From the NCBI GenBank assembly GCA_001770205.1, contig MEQL01000012.1, positions 1 through 64,000 on the forward strand: a stretch of DNA of 64,000 nt, given 5' to 3'. Within the stretch, counting starts at the first letter, position 1. Every line of letters begins with the position of its first letter. Under the pieces are notes generated by a model that saw nothing but the letters and a program-made list of their open reading frames with translations, was not told where the DNA came from and did no database searches. This document shows, piece by piece, positions 28,032 to 37,525 of this stretch. The stretch is from Bdellovibrionales bacterium RIFOXYD12_FULL_39_22 (GTDB lineage Bacteria; Bdellovibrionota; Bacteriovoracia; Bacteriovoracales; Bacteriovoracaceae). The position numbers and the translations under genes were made by a program.

Positions 28032-28565
28032 TTAGATTTTAGGAGCGTGCGGAGAATGACAGGCAATACACGGCATCCCACCACCAACTGTAGGGTGCTT
28101 ATCCTTCCCCTTAATTTTTCCATTTACCAACGTATGGCAGGTCAAACACTGCTTCCTTGAATACTCCTTGGCATCTACAATATGTACTTTATGGCAGGAG
28201 ATACAGTGGACACCATTTTTATTGTGTTTTGTTTCGGCCCATTTTTTGAAATGTCCATTGTCCCCGTGACACTTAAGACAAAGGCCATCGGCATTAGCTC
28301 CATTTTGCTTATCCTTGAAAGAAAAAATAACCTCTTTTTTCATAGTCTCCAAATGTTTGGCAGTTCCTCCATGACAGGTAGAACAGTAGTCCTGTGAAAC
28401 ATTTTTTAATTTGTTCCAAGCAGTATTATGGAAACTACTCTCAAAGCTCTTAACCTGTTCCGGATGGCACATCTGGCACTTGGCGTCATAGGCTGCCTCT
28501 ACGACAAAAAAAGAAGTTGCCACCAGTAAAAAATATAGTAAAAATATTCTCTGAAAACTCTTCAT
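28032..28565 (-). CDS. Periplasmic hexaheme cytochrome c resembling the N-terminal part of DmsE/MtrA
   Basis: Six CXXCH motifs (CQMCH, CSTCH, CLKCH, CISCH, CLTCH, CIACH) with distal His residues; signal peptide. Confidence 0.88.
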   Translation of the reverse strand: MKSFQRIFLLYFLLVATSFFVVEAAYDAKCQMCHPEQVKSFESSFHNTAWNKLKNVSQDYCSTCHGGTAKHLETMKKEVIFSFKDKQNGANADGLCLKCHGDNGHFKKWAETKHNKNGVHCISCHKVHIVDAKEYSRKQCLTCHTLVNGKIKGKDKHPTVGGGMPCIACHSPHAPKI

Positions 28566-28672
28566 GAGACCCCCTGCGAAGTAGCTGATTTATAAAGATA
28601 AACATTAGTTTAACAAAATAACCGTCCTTGGCCAGCTAGAAATAATTACCAGTCCACGAAATTGGGCCTGAC

Positions 28673-28715
28673 GGACACGATGTCCCGGTGTATATAACGG
28701 CGGAACAATCTGTCC
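28673..28715. promoter_or_regulatory. Two palindromic operator-like boxes G(G/A)ACA-N3-TGTCC
   Basis: GGACAcgaTGTCC at 28673-28685 and GAACAatcTGTCC at 28703-28715, 30 bp apart, flanking TATATAA. Confidence 0.55.
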
Positions 28716-28777
28716 TACTTCTGGTTGTTTTGGAAAGTAAAAAATAATATATTTCTCATAATGTGGAGAAAAAAACT

Positions 28778-29542
28778 ATGGAAACAAACTATTGCCGAGA
28801 AATTTTAAGACAAGAACTCTCTGATAGAAAAAGAAAAAATTCCATGTATTCCTTGCGTGCATTTGCGCGTGATTTAGGAATTGGGAGCACATCGCTCTCT
28901 GATGCTTTGGCCAACAAAAGACGTATCTCTAAGCGTAATATTCAAAAAATTGCCAATAAATTGGCATTAACTCCATCTCAAGTTGATGTCATCATGAATG
29001 AAACAAAGGAAAATTACAATCGCAATGACGCAGAATTAGAGCGTCTGCAAATGGAAGAAGATACCTTTCGCCTTATTGCCGACTGGTACTATCTAGCAAT
29101 ACTAAATTTGGCAAAGCTGGCCGATAACCAGGCAGACAAAGGCTGGGTGGCGGCCCGTCTGGCCATTTCCGAGATCGAGGCCGAAACTGCGATGGCACGC
29201 TTACTCCGAATTGGACTTTTAGAGATAAGAGAAAATAAATTAGTGCGCACCTCTCTCCCCATTTCTACCACTAGAAATATTCCTTCCACTGCCATTCAAA
29301 AACATCACAAAGATAATTTAGAGCTGGCAGCAAAATCGCTAGAACGTGATGATGTTAATATTCGAGAATTTAGTTCTGTAACCATGGCAGTTAATTTAGA
29401 ACGACTGGCCGAGGCAAAAGAGATTTTGATGAAGGCCAAACGCAAAGTTTCTAAAATTTTAGAATCCAACGATCCTCGGGCCGTCTACGTCCTCTCTTTT
29501 CAACTATTCCCTCTTGCCAAACAAGAAGAAAAATCCATTTAA
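28778..29542 (+). CDS. TIGR02147/DUF4423-like HTH protein
   Basis: YSLRAFARDLG, ADWYYLAIL, REFSSVTMAV and VYVLSFQLFPL family motifs; ATG 28778 behind GGAG. Confidence 0.85.
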   Translation: METNYCREILRQELSDRKRKNSMYSLRAFARDLGIGSTSLSDALANKRRISKRNIQKIANKLALTPSQVDVIMNETKENYNRNDAELERLQMEEDTFRLIADWYYLAILNLAKLADNQADKGWVAARLAISEIEAETAMARLLRIGLLEIRENKLVRTSLPISTTRNIPSTAIQKHHKDNLELAAKSLERDDVNIREFSSVTMAVNLERLAEAKEILMKAKRKVSKILESNDPRAVYVLSFQLFPLAKQEEKSI

Positions 29543-29556
29543 GGAGCATCTATTAT

Positions 29557-30612
29557 ATGAACGTAATAATTAAAAATATATTTATTGCTTTGACTTTTTT
29601 TTGTGCCATTTGGCAATTACGCGCTGGCGATGAAGTTAATAATGGTGCCGGCCTTGCCGAAAAAAATGTTCTCTTCGCCTATCATAACTTAAATAAATAT
29701 ATCCGTCTCTGTCTCTCCTCGCAAAGCTGCGCAACAAATGATCGTGAACGAGCACTGCTGCGACAAATTGCTTCTTCTTTATCCATGGAATATCGCAATC
29801 GACAACAGTTGGTTTTTCTTTCGGAAAAAGAGAATCCTGGAACTTTTATTATTGATAATGAAGTCAAAATGGCAAAAACGGGAAACAGTGTAGGCTCTCC
29901 GATTTATATCAATAAAGACTTTCTATACTTAAAAAATGATTTGGGTATTTATGAAGCGTTATCCATCTCACAGGCGGTAGCAATTTTAGTTCATGAATTA
30001 GGCCATCACCAAACTGCCACTTCTGAAAACATTGAAACCGAACTTTACGTTATAGGGAACAAAGTCTCGATGATTATTAGCAAGCGCTTTTTAGTATCAT
30101 CACTGTTTCCTTATTCTGATGACATCTCTATTGCTGTATTTAATGAAAAAAAGAAAAACTCTTTTCCGCAAATTTTACTCTACGCTTACGACGACATGGT
30201 GGATATCTCCGAACTTTTCAAAAATGCTCTCTCCTGTCCCCTTTTTAGTCTCCCGGCCCCAGTGGAATCCCTGCCTGATTTTAATATCAGCACAGGAAAA
30301 AAACCTACCGGCGCTACCTTTCATAATATGTCATGGATAACTAACTTTAAAATTTTTACTGGAACAAAACGAGGACGTTTTGTCGTCAAAGGCCATTTAA
30401 GCAACGACTGTGATAAAGAAAGCAATATATTTAATAACAATAAAAACTACAGCGCGCGAATAACTTTTGACCTAGATAACTTAACAACAAAAAATGAAGG
30501 GCCGGCGCAAGTTAGTATTATAAAAGAGTCCATCGAAATTAAACAATTCTATAATCCATGGTGGCGACTGCTTCAACTACCCTCCGCACATGTCTCTTCA
30601 AGCACTCACTAA
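29557..30612 (+). CDS. Exported protein with HExxH zincin-like motif
   Basis: Signal peptide, mature start GDEVNNGAG, LVHELGH motif, SD AAGGAG. Confidence 0.65.
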   Translation: MNVIIKNIFIALTFFCAIWQLRAGDEVNNGAGLAEKNVLFAYHNLNKYIRLCLSSQSCATNDRERALLRQIASSLSMEYRNRQQLVFLSEKENPGTFIIDNEVKMAKTGNSVGSPIYINKDFLYLKNDLGIYEALSISQAVAILVHELGHHQTATSENIETELYVIGNKVSMIISKRFLVSSLFPYSDDISIAVFNEKKKNSFPQILLYAYDDMVDISELFKNALSCPLFSLPAPVESLPDFNISTGKKPTGATFHNMSWITNFKIFTGTKRGRFVVKGHLSNDCDKESNIFNNNKNYSARITFDLDNLTTKNEGPAQVSIIKESIEIKQFYNPWWRLLQLPSAHVSSSTH

Positions 30613-30651
30613 AGCGATCTCTATGAAAGCGCAAATATTTTCTTCGCTTTT

Positions 30652-31554
30652 TTAAAGATCAAACAAAGATAGAGATTCAAATTGAGGCCCTGAGACCTGC
30701 CGATCTTCGATGTGGTCGACAAAAATTTCCTTTTTTATCTGTCCGCCATTATGAGTATCAATAACAAAAAAAGAGGTTTCATTATATTTTTTCTTCAACT
30801 CTATCATGGCCTGCTCAATTAATTCGACATTTTTGGGATCATCATCACTCATACCAAAACGATGATGTGGGTTATTACCATATTTTAAAAAAGCCGATTC
30901 CACTGATTTTATGATCGCCACTTTTTTTAGTTGGGCGGTAGATAATGTAAACAAACTATCACCCAAATCCATTCGCACTACTTTATTGCTCACCGGATAG
31001 ATACAAAGATAGTTTGGAATTCTTGGCAAATGCCCACGTTTTACTAAAACCTTTATTCCCTCACAAATAGTTTCCGGGTAGTGTCCACGGGCGGTTATTA
31101 TGGAAACTGGCCTACGATTATAAACTGCGTAATGAAAAAATTTCCAAGAAGGCCCTTTCCAGTGATAATCTGGCCGCTGTAATGCCTCCGCAATATCGGC
31201 CACAAAACTCTGTTTTTTTCCCAACAGACGTTCCAAATAAGAGAGATCCTTATCGCGAAAATAACGAAAAGAACCATATTGATCATCATAATTAAATTTA
31301 TAGTCTACAAATTGGCCACGCTTTCCAACATTTTCGCCCTCAGATGCTAATTCATGTGAAGAGATAATTTTCTCTTCACCACTTTCTTTATGAAAGAGGA
31401 CAATCTTTGTTGATAGATGCATAATATTGTCGTCAAAATCAAAAAAATAAAAGCTACGGCCATCTTTAGAAAAATTGCGATCGTTCTCCGTCTCTTGTGG
31501 AATATTGAGTTCTAACTGTGAATCGCTGGGATGATTTCGTCTAAAAATTTTCAT
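30652..31554 (-). CDS. Hypothetical protein with HAD-superfamily motifs
   Basis: FDFDDN (motif I), IITARG (motif II), K and GMSDDD (motif IV). Confidence 0.6.
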   Translation of the reverse strand: MKIFRRNHPSDSQLELNIPQETENDRNFSKDGRSFYFFDFDDNIMHLSTKIVLFHKESGEEKIISSHELASEGENVGKRGQFVDYKFNYDDQYGSFRYFRDKDLSYLERLLGKKQSFVADIAEALQRPDYHWKGPSWKFFHYAVYNRRPVSIITARGHYPETICEGIKVLVKRGHLPRIPNYLCIYPVSNKVVRMDLGDSLFTLSTAQLKKVAIIKSVESAFLKYGNNPHHRFGMSDDDPKNVELIEQAMIELKKKYNETSFFVIDTHNGGQIKKEIFVDHIEDRQVSGPQFESLSLFDL

Positions 31555-31574
31555 ATATGGAGTACTTCTTCTTT

Positions 31575-33722
31575 TTATCTATCGGTATCAATAATTTCAC
31601 GTTGACAACTATTGGCCTTATTATAAGGCAGGTCGGCCAAAATAATATCTGCACGCTCGGCCAAAACAATCGCAGGCATTCCATCCATTATTCCCAAACG
31701 TCCAGAAATAGAAACTAACTTTCCTCCTTCTCCTTGCAAAATCTTCCGGGCAAAACACATATTGCTTCCCGCATCCATGCGATCATCGGGAAGGCCGAAG
31801 ATTTTGCCATCCTTAATTTCTCGCGGATCAAAAGCATGCACAATGGTTAGCGCAAATTTATTACTCCCCACCTCTATGTAATTGGTGTCATACATGCCAG
31901 TTATCTTCAATGGCAACGGTGCATTTTTTTCTTCAATCCTTACACATTTTAAGAACCACTCGCTTAGATTTTTTAAATCAATTTTGACATTCTTAACATC
32001 AACCAGGCCATCTTTCTCCTGACAAGTTTCAATCGGTATATCAATCCCGGCAATTTCTTTAACATCGGCAGTAGCAGAGGGAGTAAAGTTTGTTCTAATA
32101 GGATTAATCGTAGAAAAAATATCTCCAATAAAATTAAATTCTGCCACTAGCGGCAAATGATCTGTATATCCTGCTCCAAAAAACTCAAAATAAAGTGGCC
32201 GACAATTGCGCTTACTACTATTGATACTACAACCGCGTTTACTTAATGTCTGGGCAACTAACTTTTTAAATTTTTCGTCCAAAACTTGCTCTGCACGATA
32301 CCGTTTCTCCTGCCATCTAAACGGCGTTCCATCGGCACCCAGTAAAAATGAGCGCGCATATCCCTGATGGCCAACTACCGAAAAGGAGTTATTCACATAC
32401 TGCAGGCCATAGGAATCATAATTACCTCGGTTTAATAGCATCTGGGCCAATGTATCTAGCTGTCCGCCATGTGACACCTCCCAGCGCTCAGAAGGTGGTA
32501 ACTCGTACCATAGATTGTAGTATAGAGCAGGATCTTTTCCTGACTGCACCATATCTTCCCTGCCCGAAGAACCTAGCAAACTTATTGGAGTATCATTAAA
32601 TGAGGCATTTAAATCTCCAGTAATAATCAAATCAAGCTTCTCTTCTGCACCATAGTTGCTAGCAATAAAATTTTTTATCGTTTCCGCGTTGGCCTTGCGT
32701 ACCCGCAAAGATAGATCACAATTACGTTCATCATCACAGCCTTGAGAACGCCAGTGGTTGTTAATTATATGAAACTTGGCCCCTGTATACTCTAACGAAA
32801 AAAGCTGCATGTCGCGCGTAGTGTAATGAGCAATCTCTCGCTCCTTTTTAGAAAAAGATTTAAATGCCGGCAAATCTACGTTGAAAGGAATTGCCTCGTT
32901 TTTACCTGGATATTTACTAATATAGGCACAAGTAAGTGCCGTCGGATTATCCTTCCCTTGATTTCCCAAGTAAAAATAACGATACCCTAATTTTTCTAGC
33001 GCTATCCTGAAATAGCTCCCCTCTTTAAAATTTTCATTTTGCCCATTGGCGTATTCAATCTCTTGCAAAGCAATAATTTCTGGCAACTGCATCAATTTTA
33101 CTTGTGTGATAAAATTGTCTGCTTTGGCCTTTTGAATTTCCGGATCATACCAATTAGAAAATCCGGCACGAAAAATATCGTAGATATACATTTGCTCTTC
33201 AGAGGTATTATTCGGATTACCATCCCAAAAATTAAGTGCATTAAGCGATGCCACCACAATCTTATGTGCAAGATGAATCTCTAACTTTTCCTTGTCGGTA
33301 ATAATAGAAAGAGCTACTTCAATCTGTCCATCTGCGGCCACCTTTGCCAACAATGGCCCCTGCGGCAGTAGCCTTTTACTCTTACTTACCTCCAGTGTTC
33401 CTTTTTTAAAAAGAAAATCCAAAAATTTACTACTGTCAATTTTAGTACGCTCTATCTGTTCAACGTTAGATGACAAGATAAGAGAAATAAAAAGAATCTC
33501 CCCCCTTTTTCCATTCTCTGCCGGATACCAACTAAGTAGATAACGGATATTTTCCTTCTGGCCACGCAAATGGATGGGATATTTTACAACCATCTCGCGG
33601 TACTGCTTTTCCATTTTGCCAGCATCGACTAAAGCACTCTTTAAATCCTTGCTATCCGAAGAGAAGAGGTGATTTATAAAAAAAGAGACGGCCATCAGTA
33701 AAAAAAAAATTATTCCTTTCAT
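31575..33722 (-). CDS. Exported endonuclease/exonuclease/phosphatase (EEP) family protein
   Basis: SLNALNFWD, IIALQEIE, NHWRS, ITGDLN and YTDHLPL motifs; signal peptide. Confidence 0.85.
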   Translation of the reverse strand: MKGIIFFLLMAVSFFINHLFSSDSKDLKSALVDAGKMEKQYREMVVKYPIHLRGQKENIRYLLSWYPAENGKRGEILFISLILSSNVEQIERTKIDSSKFLDFLFKKGTLEVSKSKRLLPQGPLLAKVAADGQIEVALSIITDKEKLEIHLAHKIVVASLNALNFWDGNPNNTSEEQMYIYDIFRAGFSNWYDPEIQKAKADNFITQVKLMQLPEIIALQEIEYANGQNENFKEGSYFRIALEKLGYRYFYLGNQGKDNPTALTCAYISKYPGKNEAIPFNVDLPAFKSFSKKEREIAHYTTRDMQLFSLEYTGAKFHIINNHWRSQGCDDERNCDLSLRVRKANAETIKNFIASNYGAEEKLDLIITGDLNASFNDTPISLLGSSGREDMVQSGKDPALYYNLWYELPPSERWEVSHGGQLDTLAQMLLNRGNYDSYGLQYVNNSFSVVGHQGYARSFLLGADGTPFRWQEKRYRAEQVLDEKFKKLVAQTLSKRGCSINSSKRNCRPLYFEFFGAGYTDHLPLVAEFNFIGDIFSTINPIRTNFTPSATADVKEIAGIDIPIETCQEKDGLVDVKNVKIDLKNLSEWFLKCVRIEEKNAPLPLKITGMYDTNYIEVGSNKFALTIVHAFDPREIKDGKIFGLPDDRMDAGSNMCFARKILQGEGGKLVSISGRLGIMDGMPAIVLAERADIILADLPYNKANSCQREIIDTDR

Positions 33723-34318
33723 TAATCGCCCTTGATTAGATTAAGCATTTTAATAAAAACCTGCGCAGTAGTATCTATATCCGCTAAGGCAGTATGTGCC
33801 TTTTTATTTTCAATTCCAAATTCTGATGCCAAATTGGCAAGAGATAATTTAGTTGTTTTAATTTTTTGACAAAGCTGAAGATGATAGGCCATGGCAACTG
33901 TATCAACCTGGTTATTTCCAAAAATTGAACTCCACTCTTCGTAGCCATGTTCCAATAAAAAATTATCAATAAAACCAATATCAAACTTTATATTTTGTCC
34001 AACCAGAATTGGTTTATATTCGCGAGACACATTAAGAAGCCATGCCACAAATTCATCTGCAATTTGCCTATTACTTTTATGGCCAACTTCTTCGCCATTT
34101 CGTCCTTCTGTCCCATGATGATTTAACTTCAAAGCATAAAGCGAACTTTTTTTATCATAATTTGCCCGCGCTTCATCTAAACTTAAAATTGCATGATAAG
34201 TAGATATTTTTTCACCGGACAAATTAAAAAGATATGCCCCGATCTCTAACAAACTGTGCCGGCCACAATCCAATCCGCCAGTTTCTGTGTCCACTACTAA
34301 AAAATTGATTTTCTCCAC
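33722..34318 (-). CDS. DEDDh 3'-5' exonuclease (DnaQ-like)
   Basis: VDTETGG, GQNIKFD and HTALAD motifs. Confidence 0.9.
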   Translation of the reverse strand: MEKINFLVVDTETGGLDCGRHSLLEIGAYLFNLSGEKISTYHAILSLDEARANYDKKSSLYALKLNHHGTEGRNGEEVGHKSNRQIADEFVAWLLNVSREYKPILVGQNIKFDIGFIDNFLLEHGYEEWSSIFGNNQVDTVAMAYHLQLCQKIKTTKLSLANLASEFGIENKKAHTALADIDTTAQVFIKMLNLIKGD

Positions 34319-34330
34319 AGGCCCTCCCTT

Positions 34331-35356
34331 CTAGTAACGTCTAGGATCAAAGGCATCACGAATTCCCTCTCCGACGAAATTAATAAGTGCTAAAACCAAA
34401 AAAAGACCAATCGCCGGAAAAAAGGCCAAATACCAGGCCTGCATAAAATACTCTTTCCCTTGGCGCAAAAGTTCGCCCCAACTTGGGGTTGGCGGCATAA
34501 CACCTAATCCTAAAAAATCCAAAGATGATAATCCTAAAATATTGGTGGCAATAAAAAATGGGGAAAAAGTAATAATAGGAATTAGTGCGTTGGGTAAGAT
34601 ATGACGAAAGAGAATTTGAGAGGTGGAGCACCCCACTGAACGCGCAGATAAAATGTAATCTAGTTTTCTAATTTTTAATACTTCAGAGCGCATATATCTA
34701 GTCAAATATCCCCAAGAAAAAATTGATGAGATAATTACTAGCAAAAAAATGCTAGGGGTAAAAATGGAAACCAGAGTAATTAATACGACCAAATAAGGGA
34801 TAGAAAAAAATATTTCCATCAAACGATAAAAAATTATGTCAAACCATCCTCCGTAATACCCCATGGTACAACCGATGACTGCTCCAATAAAAAAAGATAG
34901 TACCCAAACACCTACTGCGTAAGAGAGGGAAACTCGGAAACCATAAAGCATACGGGCAAAAATATCTCGTCCTAAAGAATCTAATCCCATTAAATGTTTC
35001 AACGACGGTGGAGAGGGATATTGTGAAACCTCACGATCAATTTCTGTAGGATCGTAACGCACCGGAGGAAAGAGGCAACTAACCTTGTCACTCCCACAAA
35101 TTTCACGATAATCTGGGCGAATATTAAAAGAATCAAACTCTGAAGATTGATATTGTTTTAAAATAGGGAAATACACAGAGCCTTTGTAAAATAAAAGATA
35201 AGGCCTATTATTGGCCACCAACTCAGCGGCCAGTGATAAAAAAATCATGGCAGTGAGAATAATTAATGAATAGAATGCCGTTTTACGCCGTTTAAAATTA
35301 AAAAAACGACGGCCATAAAGCTTTGCAGAAGCATTAATATCTACCGTTGCTGCCAA
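34331..35356 (-). CDS. Peptide ABC transporter permease, YejE/OppC-like
   Basis: HLMGLDSLGRD, YILSARSVG, LDFLGLG, PSWG and DAFDPR motifs. Confidence 0.9.
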   Translation of the reverse strand: MAATVDINASAKLYGRRFFNFKRRKTAFYSLIILTAMIFLSLAAELVANNRPYLLFYKGSVYFPILKQYQSSEFDSFNIRPDYREICGSDKVSCLFPPVRYDPTEIDREVSQYPSPPSLKHLMGLDSLGRDIFARMLYGFRVSLSYAVGVWVLSFFIGAVIGCTMGYYGGWFDIIFYRLMEIFFSIPYLVVLITLVSIFTPSIFLLVIISSIFSWGYLTRYMRSEVLKIRKLDYILSARSVGCSTSQILFRHILPNALIPIITFSPFFIATNILGLSSLDFLGLGVMPPTPSWGELLRQGKEYFMQAWYLAFFPAIGLFLVLALINFVGEGIRDAFDPRRY

Positions 35357-35379
35357 AAATTCTCTCCTTTGATTTTCAC

Positions 35380-36390
35380 TTATTGATAATCAATCCGTGG
35401 ATCAACTAACACTAAGGCCACATCTGAAGCAATATTGCCCAACATTATCAACACCGAATGCAAACAGACCGAGGCCATGATTACTGGATAATCTCGCTTT
35501 ATAACCGAAGTATACGAGAGCAATCCAATTCCATCCAAATTAAATACTGTTTCTACCAGCAAACTGCCAGTAAAAACCAATTTAAAAATCGTCCCAATGC
35601 CAGTAGCAATTGGAATCAAAGCATTTCGCAAAGCATGCTTGTAAGTAACCCAAAACTGCGAAACTCCCTTGGCCTTGGCGGTCTTTATGTAATCCTTCGA
35701 CAACTCACCAATCAGCGAATTTTTCATGAGCATAGTTATTACCGCAATATGAGAAACCATATAACAAAGGACTGGTAAAATCGCGTGGTGGATTCGATCA
35801 AGCAGTTGAGCTCCTGCACTTAATGTTTCATAGTTGGAAGAGTGCATTCCACCAATAGGAAAGAAATTGTAGAAACTTCCTCCTCCAAAAAAGACAATCA
35901 ATAAAATCCCCAATACAAATCCGGGGGTGGAGTGGGCCAAAAATATTACAAAACTAGTGATATAATCGAAACGGCTCTTATCTCTTGCTGCTTTGGCCAC
36001 TCCCAGCGGGATACAAAAAAGATATGTTAAAAATAAAGAAGCGAAGCCAAATTGGACAGAGACGGGGAATTTGCTCACAATAACATCATAAACCGGCATA
36101 TCGTAAACAATAGAATTTCCAAACTCAAGTTGGACCACATCTTTTAGCCAAAGAAAATAGCGAATGTGAATGGGTTTATCAAAACCAAACTGCTTTTTGA
36201 GATCATCGAGAACTTCTTGACTAATAACGGTATCGGAGGAAACGCCACCCATTTCTCCTTCTGAAAGTTTCTGTAAGGCCATCTCAACGGGGCCTCCTGG
36301 AGACGATTGGATGATAAAAAAGACTACTATGGTGATCCCGAACAGTGTCGGAATCATGAGCAGAATTCTTCGGGCAATATATTGGAGCAT
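35380..36390 (-). CDS. Peptide ABC transporter permease, YejB/OppB-like
   Basis: RRILLMIPTLFG, PGGPVE, FGFDKP, HALRNALIP and LVDPRI motifs. Confidence 0.92.
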   Translation of the reverse strand: MLQYIARRILLMIPTLFGITIVVFFIIQSSPGGPVEMALQKLSEGEMGGVSSDTVISQEVLDDLKKQFGFDKPIHIRYFLWLKDVVQLEFGNSIVYDMPVYDVIVSKFPVSVQFGFASLFLTYLFCIPLGVAKAARDKSRFDYITSFVIFLAHSTPGFVLGILLIVFFGGGSFYNFFPIGGMHSSNYETLSAGAQLLDRIHHAILPVLCYMVSHIAVITMLMKNSLIGELSKDYIKTAKAKGVSQFWVTYKHALRNALIPIATGIGTIFKLVFTGSLLVETVFNLDGIGLLSYTSVIKRDYPVIMASVCLHSVLIMLGNIASDVALVLVDPRIDYQ

Positions 36391-36525
36391 TACCTATCCT
36401 TTGATTTTACTTTGTGGACAATCCGTAATATATTACGGCCCGTTTTATGTAAAGTTTTGTTTTAATTTTTGTTTTGTTCTTGCCTTATAATTTTTTTATA
36501 CCAACGCTCAACAGGGGACTACAAT

Positions 36526-37521
36526 TTGTTACTAACTGTTACCGATTTGTCCGTCCAATTTACTACATTTGATGGCACTGTTACGGCCGTAAACCACATC
36601 TCATTTGAAGTTGCGGCCGGAGAAATTTTAGGAATTGTAGGCGAATCCGGAAGTGGAAAATCGGTAGCAACTCATTCCATTTTGCAGCTAGTCCCATCTC
36701 CTCCAGGAAAGATCACTTCAGGAAAAATTATCTTCGGAGATAATAAAAAAGATCTTTTGCAAATGAGTGAAGAGGAACTCAATAAAATACGCGGGAAAGA
36801 TATTGGGATGATTTTTCAGGAACCCATGACCTCTCTCAACCCGGTCTATACTGTAGAAAATCAGATTGTGGAGGCCCTAAAACTACACCTTCCTCCTATG
36901 AGTGATAGCGAATATAGAACACGGGCCATTGAAGCTCTTCATCAAGTAGGAATTCCCGCTCCAGAAAGTCGCATTAAATGCTATCCTCACGAACTCTCCG
37001 GCGGTATGCGGCAGCGAGTTATGATTGCAATGTCTTTGGCATGTGAACCCAAGCTGCTTATCGCAGACGAACCCACCACGGCATTAGATGTTACCATTCA
37101 AGCACAAATCTTGGACGTCATAAATGAATTAAAAAATCGCACCAATTTAGCGGTAATTCTTATCACTCATAACTTAGGCGTCGTTGCCGAAACCGCTGAT
37201 CGAGTTGCTGTTATGTATGCGGGAAAAATTGTTGAAAGCGGTAAAACGCGAGATATTTTTACTAATCCGGCACACCCCTATACGATTGGACTTTTGGAAT
37301 GTATTCCTTCCTACGCTAGTGGACATAGCGATAGTACCACGGAAAATGGTCGGCTAAAAACAATCAAGGGAATGGTACCAGATCTACGCTCTATTCCTCC
37401 AGGTTGCGCTTTTTCTAACCGCTGTCCTCTGGCCGGCCCCGAATGTCAAAAGCAAGAACAAGAACTTCACGATTTAGGCCAAGGCCATCTAGTTGCTTGT
37501 ATGAAAAAAAATAGGATCTGA
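36526..37521 (+). CDS. oppD: Oligopeptide ABC transporter ATPase (OppD/DppD)
   Basis: [24 protein letters not shown] and HPYT motifs plus C-terminal Cys cluster; TTG 36526 behind AGGGG. Confidence 0.92.
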   Translation: MLLTVTDLSVQFTTFDGTVTAVNHISFEVAAGEILGIVGESGSGKSVATHSILQLVPSPPGKITSGKIIFGDNKKDLLQMSEEELNKIRGKDIGMIFQEPMTSLNPVYTVENQIVEALKLHLPPMSDSEYRTRAIEALHQVGIPAPESRIKCYPHELSGGMRQRVMIAMSLACEPKLLIADEPTTALDVTIQAQILDVINELKNRTNLAVILITHNLGVVAETADRVAVMYAGKIVESGKTRDIFTNPAHPYTIGLLECIPSYASGHSDSTTENGRLKTIKGMVPDLRSIPPGCAFSNRCPLAGPECQKQEQELHDLGQGHLVACMKKNRI

Positions 37522-37525
37522 TTTT

